Below, in pieces: positions 29,787-40,207 of a stretch of 64,000 nt of DNA. The stretch is from Shigella phage Sf24. Both the position numbers and the translations under genes were made by a program. The first letter of the stretch is position 1. Each line of letters begins with the position of its first letter. Below the pieces are notes generated by a model. It was not told the origin of the DNA, did no database searches, and saw only the letters and a list, made by a program, of their open reading frames with translations. Location of the stretch: sequence record MF327008, one strand, 5' to 3'.

Positions 29787-30473
29787 TTAAAAATCGTGGG
29801 TAGAATCAGCTTCAAGAGCTACTACATAATTCGCATGTTCACCTTCAAATTTAGCAGCGCCTTGTTTACCTTTTGCCCAAAGCAGAAGTTTATAATTTCC
29901 TGGTTGCATTTTCATATTTGCCATATTGATAATGAAATTAAATGTATTTTCACCATCATAATCACCAAGAGTCAAAGAATATTTAACACGGGTAAGAGCA
30001 GAATCTTCTACTTTATTAAAACCGTTAATTACGATTTTACCTTCTTTTACCGTGATAGCAATTGTATCAATTTGCAGACCACGAGATACACGCAACAGCT
30101 GTTGAAGGTCTTCAGCTTTAATTTCAGTAACAACAGATGCTACCGGGAATGGAATTGGTTTATTAGGAGCAACTACTGTACTCGGATCGGCTGCTGGCCA
30201 AAAAATTGTTGAACGAGCATCAGCAATTTTAATATTTCCATCTTCTGACTGGGAAATTTCTGCATCATCATTAACTAGAGACAGAATACCGAGAAAACCG
30301 TTCAAATCGTAAATTGCTACATCAAAATCAATAACGTCAGAAATATTTGCTTCCGCATAAGTTGTACCATTAACTGCGCGAGTCATAATAAATTGACCGG
30401 ATTTAAGCATAATACCGGAGTTAATAGTAGCGAAATTTTTAAGCAGAGCAGTAGTATCTTTAGACAGTTTCAT
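29787..30473 (-). CDS. 45: sliding clamp gp45
   Basis: 228 aa MKLSKDTTALLKNFATINSGIML, T4 gp45-like. Confidence 0.93.
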   Translation of the reverse strand: MKLSKDTTALLKNFATINSGIMLKSGQFIMTRAVNGTTYAEANISDVIDFDVAIYDLNGFLGILSLVNDDAEISQSEDGNIKIADARSTIFWPAADPSTVVAPNKPIPFPVASVVTEIKAEDLQQLLRVSRGLQIDTIAITVKEGKIVINGFNKVEDSALTRVKYSLTLGDYDGENTFNFIINMANMKMQPGNYKLLLWAKGKQGAAKFEGEHANYVVALEADSTHDF

Positions 30474-30528
30474 GTAATTTCCTTCAATTCAAATGAGATT
30501 TAATTTTATAACTAATTTAATAAAGCAA

Positions 30529-30918
30529 TTAACGATTAAAATCAGCCGCAATTGTTTCAGCAACAATTTGAGCAGCAACAATTAGGCGTTCATCTGCATT
30601 ACCGCAATATTCATCTTCTAAACGTTCACCGCATGAAGTCATAATAAATTTAGCACCGGCGTTTAGGGATTCTGCAGTATGTTTGCGCATTAGTTCAATC
30701 CATTTATTACTTACTTCACGATCGATAGCTTCATAATACGCATGACGAGCAGGTGCAGATTTAATTTTGTTCTGAATAACTTCCATTGCGTTATCAGAAA
30801 GAGACAAAACCCATGCGCGACGAATTTTATTTTGGTTTTGCGGATTTGAGTCAGAACGCACGTGTTTTGGCTGAATATCTTTTACATCAACAGTATAATT
30901 CACAGTAATTTTAGTCAT
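30529..30918 (-). CDS. rpbA: RNA polymerase binding protein RpbA
   Basis: 129 aa, position after gene 45. Confidence 0.7.
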   Translation of the reverse strand: MTKITVNYTVDVKDIQPKHVRSDSNPQNQNKIRRAWVLSLSDNAMEVIQNKIKSAPARHAYYEAIDREVSNKWIELMRKHTAESLNAGAKFIMTSCGERLEDEYCGNADERLIVAAQIVAETIAADFNR

Positions 30919-30927
30919 AATACACCT

Positions 30928-31116
30928 TTAGTCATAATAATCAGTAACAGTCCAAGCTTCATTTCTATTGGACATTATTTTTGTATATTCTGCTTTAAAT
31001 GCATTCCTAAGCATAGATTCAGTAACTATATGCTCTTCATTAGAAAAATTATTTCTCAGAATATATCGTTTTATTTCAGGAAAAGTTAATAGATGCTGTC
31101 CAGTTGAATATTCCAT
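30928..31116 (-). CDS. hypothetical small protein (45.2-position)
   Basis: 62-aa ORF. Confidence 0.5.
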   Translation of the reverse strand: MEYSTGQHLLTFPEIKRYILRNNFSNEEHIVTESMLRNAFKAEYTKIMSNRNEAWTVTDYYD

Positions 31117-31171
31117 GTTTTTCCTCCATAGAGATTATACTCTAATAAATTAAAGCATAATCTCTTATAAA

Positions 31172-32854
31172 TTAAACCATTACAGTAAATCGACCAACTT
31201 TCTTCATTTGAAGATGCTGACCATATTCTTGCGGGTCATGGTCTTTATGCGAAATTATAAAAACATTAGTGTTTTTCATTGAATTTATAATATTAGCTAC
31301 ACCTTTAATACCTTCGGCATCAAATGACCCATCAAACACTTCATCGAGTATTAACGTACTAATACTAACACCAGATACAATAGAAGCAATATCACGCCAA
31401 GTAAATAAAAGAGCAATATCAATTCGTGCTTTTTCACCTTCACTAAATGAAGCATAACTAAAATCTTCACGACCACGGGATTTAATTGTCTCATTAAATT
31501 CTTCATCTAATGTAAACACATAATCCGCTTCCATTATTTTAAGATAATGGTTAATCTGCTTATTAAATAATGGAACGTACTTTTTAATAATAGCACCTTT
31601 AATACCAGAATCTTTGAGCATATCAGTCAAAATTCCTCGGTGGTATTTTTCCATTACTAAATTAGTTTTTGTCTTAACAATTTTATCAAGTTCTTCTTGA
31701 AGCAGTGCTATTTCATCAGCATGGTCAATAAACTCAGAAGATGCTTTTTCTATAGCTGCTTTAACTTTTTTAGCTTTATCTACCGTCGTGATTAGAGATT
31801 GCTTTTTATTGCGAATATCATTTGCCAACGACTGCTGAGTTTTAATATTATCTCGGTATTCATCAACAAGAACTTTTAAATTATCACGGTGTGTTGAAAG
31901 CTGTTCAAACGAATGCGTACATTCAGAAACTTTATCTTTAATTTTAGAAACAACTTTATCACCGGAACTTAATTGTGACAAACAGGTTGGACATAATCCA
32001 CCTTCGTGATACATATTAATGACTTTATTATACGAGTCAATTTTTGATTTAATTAAAACTGCTTCTTGACCGATTTTATTAAATGCATCAGTCGGGTCTT
32101 CATCCAAAACAATATTAACTAATCTTTCGTTAGCTTCTTCTATTTCCGATTTTAGCGTTCTAGCTTCTTTTGCCAAATCATCATACATATTTTGTAGACG
32201 TGTAAGGTTGTCACCCGTTAATTTTTTCTGGCGTTCAACGTTATCATTATATATTTTAATTTGTTGGATAATACTATCTTTTTTAACATCAAGCACTTGG
32301 TTCTGCGAATTTAATTCACGTATTAGTGCTTTATTAAGCTTATCCATTTCAGCTAATGTTCCTACCTCAAGCAGGTCTTCCACAAGCTTTCTTCGCGCAG
32401 GGGTCGACAAACCCATGAAAGGGGTATACCCTGCTGTACCAAGGACAACAATCTGCTTGAAACTGGCATATGACATTCCGATAAGCTGTTCAAATTCTGC
32501 TTGGAAATCTTTACTGCTGGCAGATTCATTAAGACGTGTACCGTTAACGGTGATTTCGAAAACGTTTGGTTTTTGTCCTCTTTTGATATAGTACTTTTTC
32601 TCATCATATTCCATCCACAGTTCAACTAAAAGTTCTTTCTTATTTGTGCTGTTTATTAATTGACCTTTCTTTACATCACGAAATGGCTTGCCAAAAAGCC
32701 CAAATGTGATGGCTTCTAACATAGTAGACTTACCACCGCCATTTCGGCCAGTAATAAGAGTTTTTTGAACCTTATCTAATTGAATGTCAATAGGATTTCC
32801 ACCTACTGACATTATATTTTGATACCTAACTCGGTTTAGTTTAAAATTCTTCAC
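31172..32854 (-). CDS. 46: recombination endonuclease subunit gp46 (SbcC/Rad50-like)
   Basis: 560 aa; Walker A GRNGGGKST; coiled-coil middle. Confidence 0.92.
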   Translation of the reverse strand: MKNFKLNRVRYQNIMSVGGNPIDIQLDKVQKTLITGRNGGGKSTMLEAITFGLFGKPFRDVKKGQLINSTNKKELLVELWMEYDEKKYYIKRGQKPNVFEITVNGTRLNESASSKDFQAEFEQLIGMSYASFKQIVVLGTAGYTPFMGLSTPARRKLVEDLLEVGTLAEMDKLNKALIRELNSQNQVLDVKKDSIIQQIKIYNDNVERQKKLTGDNLTRLQNMYDDLAKEARTLKSEIEEANERLVNIVLDEDPTDAFNKIGQEAVLIKSKIDSYNKVINMYHEGGLCPTCLSQLSSGDKVVSKIKDKVSECTHSFEQLSTHRDNLKVLVDEYRDNIKTQQSLANDIRNKKQSLITTVDKAKKVKAAIEKASSEFIDHADEIALLQEELDKIVKTKTNLVMEKYHRGILTDMLKDSGIKGAIIKKYVPLFNKQINHYLKIMEADYVFTLDEEFNETIKSRGREDFSYASFSEGEKARIDIALLFTWRDIASIVSGVSISTLILDEVFDGSFDAEGIKGVANIINSMKNTNVFIISHKDHDPQEYGQHLQMKKVGRFTVMV

Positions 32855-33114
32855 AAAAGATTCCTTTTAATGTATCTTTTAGACCATTCTATCATATCAT
32901 CATAATCTAAAAAGTATTCATCAAATTCAGCCATGCAAACAACACCTTGTACTGTTTTTGATGTAATATAAATTATTCCAACATATCTGGAATCTTCTTC
33001 GGTGTAATCAATATTTGCTACGAATTCATCGTTAATGTCAAATGTCGAAAACTTCACAGTATGCATCCTTAATACAAGATACAGCCATATCTCGTAATGA
33101 TTTAGGTGTGTCAT
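32851..33114 (-). CDS. hypothetical small protein (46.1-position)
   Basis: 87-aa ORF; start uncertain. Confidence 0.45.
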   Translation of the reverse strand: MTHLNHYEIWLYLVLRMHTVKFSTFDINDEFVANIDYTEEDSRYVGIIYITSKTVQGVVCMAEFDEYFLDYDDMIEWSKRYIKRNLL

Positions 33115-33301
33115 TATCTAAAATGTTGAAGTTAAAAGATACAGCCCAGTCAGTGCAGACCGTAACCTTTTTAATACAATCATCTTCAACCTCTAGCGGT
33201 TCAAACCAATATTCAATAATTTCTTTATTCCCAATATCATCTTTTACTTCGCATTCAAAATGCTGACTCATCATAACATTTTTAAATTCATCAAAAGTCA
33301 T
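33038..33301 (-). CDS. hypothetical small protein (46.2-position)
   Basis: 87-aa ORF. Confidence 0.5.
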   Translation of the reverse strand: MTFDEFKNVMMSQHFECEVKDDIGNKEIIEYWFEPLEVEDDCIKKVTVCTDWAVSFNFNILDNDTPKSLRDMAVSCIKDAYCEVFDI

Positions 33302-34317
33302 TGTGTTGCCTCTACATATAACTGATTTGCATATTGAATAAGTGCTTCGCGATCAGAATCAGTGATGTCTGGAATTGCATTAATGTATTCTTCCATCAAC
33401 GTCTGAAGAGATTGAACTTCCACTTCTTCGCTATCATCTGACTCAACAGAGTTATCAATCTTTGACACAACTCGTAATGAATGCACAACTTTTTCTAGTT
33501 CAGATTCGAACTTCGTTAAATTTTTGTCTACTTCAGTTACTATAACACGCACTGATAGATTTGTAAAATCTTTATAGTCAATTTTTCCCTTAAATGGATA
33601 TTGAATTCGACGATGCCAGGTAGTGTTGTTTGGAATAAATTCCATTCGTTCTGTTTCTGTATCAAACATCCAGAACCCGCGAGGGTCATTCTCGTCACCT
33701 GCAGTTAGTGTCCATGGTGTCCCAATATATCTGACGTTAGCAGCCTCAGAGATAGTATGGAAGTGACCAGACCACACTTCTTTATAAGTCTTAAGGAAAT
33801 CAGGTTCAAGACCATGAGATTTCATTCCTTTATAAAAATAAAATCCGTTCAGTTCCCAGTGACCAACGCAAAAAGAAGCAGATGAAGTTTTGATGTGTTC
33901 AAGAATTTCACCAGTATTTTCTTCGCACATCCAAGGAATTAAATCAATCAAACATCCGTCAAAATCTACTGTAGTAGGCTTATCATATACTTTAACATTA
34001 GAATATTTAGCCAAAAGCTCAGTAGAAGCATTTGGAGTTAAAGTATTTTTAAAGTGCATATCATGGTTTCCTACAACAGTATGTAGGGTAATACCAGCAT
34101 CATCAAGCATTTGAACTATTTCACGGGCGAACTCCATAGTTTTATGTGTGATTGCTTTTCGCACATCAAAAATATCGCCGTATTGAATCCATGTAGTAAT
34201 TCCATTTTTCTTAGAATATTCTATTGCTTGTTTAATTCCATCCAACTGAATGGATTGAACCCACTCATCATCGGCTTTAACACCTAAATGCCAATCACCT
34301 AAATTTAAAATTTTCAT
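33298..34317 (-). CDS. 47: recombination nuclease subunit gp47 (SbcD/Mre11-like)
   Basis: 339 aa; phosphoesterase motifs GDWHLG, GNHD. Confidence 0.92.
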   Translation of the reverse strand: MKILNLGDWHLGVKADDEWVQSIQLDGIKQAIEYSKKNGITTWIQYGDIFDVRKAITHKTMEFAREIVQMLDDAGITLHTVVGNHDMHFKNTLTPNASTELLAKYSNVKVYDKPTTVDFDGCLIDLIPWMCEENTGEILEHIKTSSASFCVGHWELNGFYFYKGMKSHGLEPDFLKTYKEVWSGHFHTISEAANVRYIGTPWTLTAGDENDPRGFWMFDTETERMEFIPNNTTWHRRIQYPFKGKIDYKDFTNLSVRVIVTEVDKNLTKFESELEKVVHSLRVVSKIDNSVESDDSEEVEVQSLQTLMEEYINAIPDITDSDREALIQYANQLYVEATQ

Positions 34318-34454
34318 ATATCAAGAACCGTCATTGAAATGCAAAATAAAATTATTGAAATAAATCCATCTGGAGTGCTAAAGAACCCAATCCAACATGC
34401 TCTAGTGAATAGATAAAATGCGAGAAAAAGTATCACATATCCAAGAAATATCAT
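34314..34454 (-). CDS. small hydrophobic peptide (~46 aa) coupled to gene 47
   Basis: MIFLGYVILFLAFYLF...; stop overlaps gene 47 ATG; coordinates approximate. Confidence 0.4.
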   Translation of the reverse strand: MIFLGYVILFLAFYLFTRACWIGFFSTPDGFISIILFCISMTVLDI

Positions 34455-34477
34455 TATATCAAACTCCGTATAAAGCT

Positions 34478-34496
34478 AAAGGGCCGAAGCCCTTTA
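34478..34496 (-). terminator. cUUCGg hairpin after a-gt
   Basis: AAAGGGC-CGAA-GCCCTTT. Confidence 0.55.
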
Positions 34497-35696
34497 TTTT
34501 GTAATAATGTCAAACTGTTCTTTAAAGCAGAAGCTTGAATCTTGATGCTGATACAAAAATTCATAAGCTTTTTCGCGTTCACGGTCATAAAGAGTTCGGT
34601 CAGATGACAGTTCTTTAATACGCTCAAATGTTGATTCCATGTCATTTTCATCAAACCAAACGATACCGCTATCATGAGAAATTAACGGAGTATTATCAAC
34701 ACGGAATTTTAAATTTTCGCCAGTAGATTTCCAAAATACCGGAATTGTTCCACATGCACCAAGCTCGAGATGAGTATATTCTAAAGAACGTTGTAGATAT
34801 TTTTTGTCCAACTTACTCAGCTGATAACCAAATCCGGATTTACTCATGCGTTCAAGCATTTCGCTATTTACATAACGGTCAAGAATTTGCGTTGGCAAAT
34901 TAGGAGCAATTTTAATTTGGTCTACTTGATGAAGACGATAATACTCGTATGGAATTCCTTTTTCTTTAATAGGAATGAACGCTGGAGAACGTTCCAGACC
35001 TTCCATAATAGTACTTAGTCCTGCAGGTTTAAGATGTTTTTCATGAAAATCAAACATCTGATAAAAACCTTTCCATGTAGTCGTACGACCAATCCAACGG
35101 TTGATATTCATGTTAATTTCAGAAACATCTTTCCAGTAGGTTGACCGAACCTTCGCAATATCCATAGGAGGCTGAAAGTTATATACTGTCGGTGCTTCTT
35201 CAATATCATCAAACAGAGAAACTGTTTCAGGATACCATTCTTTCATCAGAACTTTATTAAAATCACCATTATCAGAATGGCTAAAAATAACATCAGCTCG
35301 ACGAACAGTTTCTTCTAATCCCAAATTTCGGCGCAAAGAAAGAGAAGAATGGTCATGTTGATAAACTACAACACGAACAGAAGGTTTAATGTTATCAATA
35401 ATTTTTTTATAGTTATTAATAGTGTCTTCTTCAACCGAAGTAGCAGGAACTGAATTGATAATTAGAATATCACAATCATTTACCAGCTTAAGTGTTTTAT
35501 CATATTCTTTTGCCAATAAAACCGGAATTGAAAATGATTTATAATCATGCGCGCAATTACGAGTAAATGATTTATCTTTAGCATAAACCAAAGTTACTTC
35601 ATGACCATTCTTAATAAACCAATCACGTTGCTCAAGAGAAAATTTAGTTACACCACAACCTTCAAGACCTCGAGCCATAAAAATACATACTTTCAT
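34494..35696 (-). CDS. a-gt: alpha-glucosyltransferase
   Basis: 400 aa; MKVCIFMARGLEGCGVTKFSLEQRDWFIKNGHEV near-identical to T4 a-gt as recalled. Confidence 0.93.
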   Translation of the reverse strand: MKVCIFMARGLEGCGVTKFSLEQRDWFIKNGHEVTLVYAKDKSFTRNCAHDYKSFSIPVLLAKEYDKTLKLVNDCDILIINSVPATSVEEDTINNYKKIIDNIKPSVRVVVYQHDHSSLSLRRNLGLEETVRRADVIFSHSDNGDFNKVLMKEWYPETVSLFDDIEEAPTVYNFQPPMDIAKVRSTYWKDVSEINMNINRWIGRTTTWKGFYQMFDFHEKHLKPAGLSTIMEGLERSPAFIPIKEKGIPYEYYRLHQVDQIKIAPNLPTQILDRYVNSEMLERMSKSGFGYQLSKLDKKYLQRSLEYTHLELGACGTIPVFWKSTGENLKFRVDNTPLISHDSGIVWFDENDMESTFERIKELSSDRTLYDREREKAYEFLYQHQDSSFCFKEQFDIITK

Positions 35697-35745
35697 TTAA
35701 TATCCTCTTTGTTTTGGTTTATTTTACCAAAAATTTATAAAGCAA

Positions 35746-35765
35746 TATAGGAGCCGAAGCTCCTA
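35746..35765 (-). terminator. cUUCGg hairpin
   Basis: ATAGGAGC-CGAA-GCTCCTAT. Confidence 0.55.
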
Positions 35766-35939
35766 TCCACATAATACGCCATACAGAGGCTCATTAGAAC
35801 TTTTAAATTTTATGCGCTTATATTTTATAGTTCCTTCTGCTTTAGCTTTATCATGAGACGCTTTAAAGAGTCTCATCATTTCCTCTTTAGAGGAACGAAT
35901 TTTATTATAATCTATTTCAGAAGTCTGGGTGTTCATCTT

Positions 35940-36146
35940 TCATAACTGCCACCATTTTTTGACTTGATAAGAATCAACCCACACTTTCATATTAGGGTCT
36001 GCTCTTACAATAGGAGGATTAACTTCTTTAATTGAACTATCATGGTATTCTTTTTCAGAAATTTTCACACAAAGATGACCATTCAAAGATTCAGTAAATC
36101 CTGCATTAATTTTAAGACGCTTGAATTTTACGTGTGTAAGCATCAA
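35940..36146 (-). CDS. hypothetical small protein
   Basis: 68-aa ORF. Confidence 0.45.
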   Translation of the reverse strand: MMLTHVKFKRLKINAGFTESLNGHLCVKISEKEYHDSSIKEVNPPIVRADPNMKVWVDSYQVKKWWQL

Positions 36147-36429
36147 TCATATCCTCAATTTGCGATCTAGTAGTCTTCCAAAGAATACTGATGAGTTCAT
36201 CGTTATATGGCTGTTTTAGAATATCCCGACTTTTCTTGATAGCATATTCGTATTGAGCAAAATTATTATTTTCAGCTGCGATCTGAGCGTGCTTATAAAG
36301 ACGATTCAGTTCGCGTTTGTTTTTAGACAATAACTTATTTGCTTTTCTTTCTGCTTCAAGACGGTTCTTTTCTTCAATAGAAGAAATAAGCTTTTCCACT
36401 TCATCATTAATTTCGGGTTTATCAGTCAT
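36112..36429 (-). CDS. hypothetical protein
   Basis: 105-aa ORF. Confidence 0.5.
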   Translation of the reverse strand: MTDKPEINDEVEKLISSIEEKNRLEAERKANKLLSKNKRELNRLYKHAQIAAENNNFAQYEYAIKKSRDILKQPYNDELISILWKTTRSQIEDMIDAYTRKIQAS

Positions 36430-36430
36430 A

Positions 36431-36649
36431 TTATTTCTCTAATATAAAATAAAAATCATCATCTGTTAAATGATACCGATAGTTTAATTCTACACCATTA
36501 GATTTAAAAGCGGTATCATACGGATTTTCTGGATCAATATCAATGTCAAGAGCTAAAACTTCCCTGAGATACATTTTAAGTAAATAGGGAATAGCTTCAA
36601 CTTCAGGTATTTCTTCCAAGAATCCGGAGAGGTTAATCGTTAGCCTCAT
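36431..36649 (-). CDS. hypothetical small protein
   Basis: 72-aa ORF. Confidence 0.5.
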
Positions 36650-37190
36650 ATAAAAAATCCAAACTAGGAGAATCGTCTACAACACTTTTCTTTTCAGCCC
36701 CCGGTGTTCTATAGGTTGATTCTTCGTAATGCGTCATTTTATCATAGATGTCTTGAATAAAAGTTTCATCTACTAACGCAACCATATCGTCGTCACGACT
36801 GTCATAGACATTGTGAACGAAGTAACTATATTTCTTTGCAACTTCCTTACGTTCTTTTTTAATACGCTGGACGAATGCATTAAAACAAGCTTGAGTTATA
36901 TACGCATGTGGGTTTTTATATTTCGTTTCATCAAAATTATGAAGCCCCTTAATAGAAGCTTCTATACCATCTGCAATCATTTCTTGTTTCCAAGACTGGG
37001 TGTATCCTGAAAAGTTGAAACGTTTAGATAAGCCTTCTGCAATAAGCATAATGGCTAATCCAATAGTATCATTTTGACGAACTACTTTATTTGGGTCTTT
37101 ATTATTTGCTAATTCTGTTTTCCAATCAATAATAGCTTGTAAAAGCTCTTTATTGTTTACGTAATTATATTTAGGCTTAGTTTCTGACAT
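36633..37190 (-). CDS. 55: late sigma factor gp55
   Basis: [23 protein letters not shown] as T4 gp55. Confidence 0.92.
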
Positions 37191-37268
37191 TTTCACCTCT
37201 TAGCTCAATTCATAGATCTATTATATCATAATATTTGAAGATCTATCTTAAAGCATAGAGGATATCAG

Positions 37269-37538
37269 TTATCTAAGTAAACAGTATGCTTGGAATACTT
37301 TTTCCATCATCCTTTTAAATTCATGAATATCTATATAATGACTAGTTAAATCAGCATGATATAAAAAGTCTAAAAACTTTTCATGTGTACTAACATATTC
37401 GCTTTCATTTAATTCAGAAACATGGCTTTCCCAATATCCAACACCAGTCTTATTTGGGAAAAATGAAATTTTCATGTATTGGTCAACATAGAAAATGCCA
37501 TAATTTTCAATAGTAATAGAAATATTAATAAATTTCAT
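37269..37538 (-). CDS. hypothetical small protein
   Basis: 89-aa ORF. Confidence 0.5.
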   Translation of the reverse strand: MKFINISITIENYGIFYVDQYMKISFFPNKTGVGYWESHVSELNESEYVSTHEKFLDFLYHADLTSHYIDIHEFKRMMEKVFQAYCLLR

Positions 37539-37750
37539 ACATTCATCAACTTAGCCGCTTCAAGAGCTGCATCTAGTGAATCAAATTGGTCAACATATTC
37601 AATCAATTCGCCATAATTGGCATATAACCACCATTGGCTAAATTCATACTCAAGGATGAATCCATTTCCTTCAATTTGAGTTAAACCATTGCCGTTTGTA
37701 TTTACTTCATATCCGGCAAGACGCAAATCGTTAATAAGAGCTTCGTTCAT
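37535..37750 (-). CDS. hypothetical small protein
   Basis: 71-aa ORF. Confidence 0.5.
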   Translation of the reverse strand: MNEALINDLRLAGYEVNTNGNGLTQIEGNGFILEYEFSQWWLYANYGELIEYVDQFDSLDAALEAAKLMNV

Positions 37751-37752
37751 AA

Positions 37753-38079
37753 TTATACCTTAGTAATTTTCAGGTCTGCAAATTTTTTCTTGCGTTGATT
37801 TTTCATGCGACGAATAGTTTTATCGGAAATTTCATGCTTTTGATAAGCTTTAGATTCTACACCAAAAGCTTTAACATCAAATTCTGACAAGATATATTGA
37901 ACCAACAATTCACGGACAGTATTGCGTCCAATCTTCTGATTATTCTGTTTCATCGTTTGATGAAGCTCTTTTTCCCATTTATCCAAACTTTGAGGAGTTA
38001 CAATATCGCCTTTTTCTAGCAAAGAAACTACTTTATCATATGCGTAAGAATTGATGGCGTTTTTAATTTGAATAGTCAT
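37753..38079 (-). CDS. hypothetical protein
   Basis: 108-aa ORF. Confidence 0.5.
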   Translation of the reverse strand: MTIQIKNAINSYAYDKVVSLLEKGDIVTPQSLDKWEKELHQTMKQNNQKIGRNTVRELLVQYILSEFDVKAFGVESKAYQKHEISDKTIRRMKNQRKKKFADLKITKV

Positions 38080-38117
38080 ACATTATCCTCAATTGCGTTA
38101 AAATTTTATTATCCAAA

Positions 38118-38133
38118 AAGGGCCGAAGCCCTT
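38118..38133 (-). terminator. cUUCGg hairpin
   Basis: AAGGGC-CGAA-GCCCTT. Confidence 0.55.
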
Positions 38134-38332
38134 AGCTAAACTTTTTGGCACCCTTCCAGCCTTCATACATCATTGCGGCTGATATTAATATTGCTCCTGA
38201 GCATTTTGAATATTTGGTATTCCAAAACCAGTTTAGAAAAACTTCGTCATCAATACCTTGGGCTATCATGTTTTCAAAGAACTGACGACGAGCTTCAGCA
38301 ATTCGTTGTGATAATTTAGATTCAGGATTCAT
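38132..38332 (-). CDS. hypothetical small protein
   Basis: 66-aa ORF. Confidence 0.5.
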   Translation of the reverse strand: MNPESKLSQRIAEARRQFFENMIAQGIDDEVFLNWFWNTKYSKCSGAILISAAMMYEGWKGAKKFS

Positions 38333-38464
38333 TTAAATTTTCCAGTTACCGTTTTCATCAATAAATTCAATCCAGTCATTTACTGACCACTTAGTTGTAT
38401 CGCCTTTGGGGGCAGAATTTAAAGTGTATAACCCCTGCTTAAAAAGCATTCGTTTGATATTCAT
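38333..38464 (-). CDS. hypothetical small protein (~43 aa)
   Basis: internal Met MNIKRMLF with GAGGA RBS. Confidence 0.4.
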   Translation of the reverse strand: MNIKRMLFKQGLYTLNSAPKGDTTKWSVNDWIEFIDENGNWKI

Positions 38465-38471
38465 ATTTTCC

Positions 38472-38765
38472 TCAACTGTAACGATAACATTTGTTTGATT
38501 TACGTTTTGCAACACGATGAGAAGTATTGTAATCCAAATCATCCTCAACGTATACATCTTTTTTCAACTGACGAACTTCTTTACGCAGTTGACGATTCAT
38601 CTCATTCTTGACTTCTGAATCAACGCCATAAAAACGTTTCCATTTGTCCGAACGGAAGATATTTTTATTCAAAGTTTCTTCTGATACACCGTCAGGTGCT
38701 TTACGTCTAGCCATGCAATTAAAATCTTTAGAAGACAATTCTTTACGACGATACGTTTTACCCAT
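38472..38765 (-). CDS. hypothetical basic protein
   Basis: internal Met MGKTYRRKELS. Confidence 0.45.
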   Translation of the reverse strand: MGKTYRRKELSSKDFNCMARRKAPDGVSEETLNKNIFRSDKWKRFYGVDSEVKNEMNRQLRKEVRQLKKDVYVEDDLDYNTSHRVAKRKSNKCYRYS

Positions 38766-38940
38766 GGAGTTTAATTTCCTTAGCAACTGAACTAAATGCA
38801 GCACGATCGCAAATCATGCGTTTATGTAACTTGAGTATAATATAGCAAACTTCAAAACTATTTACATGAGTAACACGAACAGCATTACCATTAATGAGAT
38901 AATACTGTCCCTTTTTAATTTCTTTATCAACCACAACCAT
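38758..38940 (-). CDS. hypothetical small protein
   Basis: 60-aa ORF after early promoter. Confidence 0.5.
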   Translation of the reverse strand: MVVVDKEIKKGQYYLINGNAVRVTHVNSFEVCYIILKLHKRMICDRAAFSSVAKEIKLHG

Positions 38941-38968
38941 ATCAATTCCTCAAAGGTAATTCATATGT

Positions 38969-39001
38969 TAATAATACCACGGTTTGAACTTGTTGTAAAC
39001 A
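38969..39001 (-). promoter_or_regulatory. T4-type early promoter
   Basis: GTTTAC ... TGGTATTATTA on minus strand. Confidence 0.55.
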
Positions 39002-39078
39002 ACTTTGTGAAAATATTTTAGGGAATGACAAGAAGGGAACGATAGCTTAGAATGGTAATATACAGAATGCGAGAAAGA

Positions 39079-39098
39079 AAGGCCCAGAGGGCCCGTCT
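39079..39098 (-). terminator. intrinsic terminator after nrdH
   Basis: GGCCC-AGAG-GGCCC hairpin with U-rich tail on minus strand. Confidence 0.55.
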
Positions 39099-39406
39099 TA
39101 ATCTTCTATGATATCTCTATCATATCCAAGTGAAATGAGAGTTTCTTTGAAGTGTTTAATGTTCTTTTGCCTAGAATCATTAATGAAAATGACCGGATAC
39201 CGAATATTAAGAGATGTGAATCCGGCGCGTTTGGCAAGAGATACAATCAGTGGACGATCATACTCAATCTTACCATTATTAGTAAGAACTTTATAGAAAG
39301 TAAAAGGAGCATTGAGCTCCTTTAGAAGTTTTGTAACTGATTGACATCCAGGACAACGACCTACTTCATCTGGAATTCCATAGACTTCAATCTTATTTTG
39401 TTTCAC
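39098..39406 (-). CDS. nrdH: glutaredoxin-like NrdH
   Basis: CPGC redox motif; position next to nrdG. Confidence 0.65.
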   Translation of the reverse strand: MKQNKIEVYGIPDEVGRCPGCQSVTKLLKELNAPFTFYKVLTNNGKIEYDRPLIVSLAKRAGFTSLNIRYPVIFINDSRQKNIKHFKETLISLGYDRDIIED

Positions 39407-39408
39407 AA

Positions 39409-39621
39409 CTATTCCTTACTAAGAGCAGCATTCAGCTTGTTAGTAATTTTATCCAGACGCTCATTGAACTCACTAGAAGATAAGCCCTTTTCTGGAGAAA
39501 TCAAACTAATCACGAAAAATATAGCAATAAAAGGAATAAGGAAAATAGCTCCAACTGCCATAAACAGAAAGAATGTTACAGTTGTAAGAAAATCAGCTAA
39601 ACCTTTACGAAATTTATACAT
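39409..39621 (-). CDS. small membrane protein
   Basis: 70 aa with hydrophobic helix. Confidence 0.5.
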   Translation of the reverse strand: MYKFRKGLADFLTTVTFFLFMAVGAIFLIPFIAIFFVISLISPEKGLSSSEFNERLDKITNKLNAALSKE

Positions 39622-39736
39622 ATTTTACCCTTAATTAATTAACCAAGCATTGATAAGCACTAAACTATATTGGGAATAAAATTCTGGACCAAAATGAAAA
39701 ATCATATCATTTATAGTATCCATAATGTAATTCAAT

Positions 39737-40207
39737 TTAATCATGTTTCCACACCCCATCGGTATTTGACCAAAGTCGCTGATTATCTGATCCTCGCCAC
39801 AGCTTTTTGGTCGGAAGATTTTTCTCATACTTCCCATCAATAATAACATCAACATATTTAAGCATTTCTAGTTGTTTAATATCTTCAAATTTATATCCTG
39901 TCCACAACCAAATGCTTTTATTGGGATAAAGATTTTTTACTGTTTGAACAATGCAATGAACAACATCTCGGTTATCAGGATAGAGAGGGTCTCCTCCAGT
40001 TATAGTTAATCCTTCTATATAATCATTATTCAAACATTCAATTAATTGCTCTAGTGTTTCACCAGTGAATGGAACACCGTTTCTAGCGTTCCATGTTGAT
40101 TTATTATAACACCCTTCGCATTTATGCAAACAACCTGTAACGAAAAGAACGACCCTGCAACCAGGGCCATTCACAAAATCACAAGGATAAAATCTATCAT
40201 AATTCAT
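39737..40207 (-). CDS. nrdG: anaerobic ribonucleotide reductase activating protein NrdG
   Basis: 156 aa; radical-SAM cysteine cluster CLHKCEGC. Confidence 0.88.
   Translation of the reverse strand: MNYDRFYPCDFVNGPGCRVVLFVTGCLHKCEGCYNKSTWNARNGVPFTGETLEQLIECLNNDYIEGLTITGGDPLYPDNRDVVHCIVQTVKNLYPNKSIWLWTGYKFEDIKQLEMLKYVDVIIDGKYEKNLPTKKLWRGSDNQRLWSNTDGVWKHD

Noticed and set aside
34454-34675. 73-aa minus-strand ORF overlapping the C-terminus of a-gt
   Set aside because: It sits in an alternative frame entirely within the strongly supported alpha-glucosyltransferase gene.
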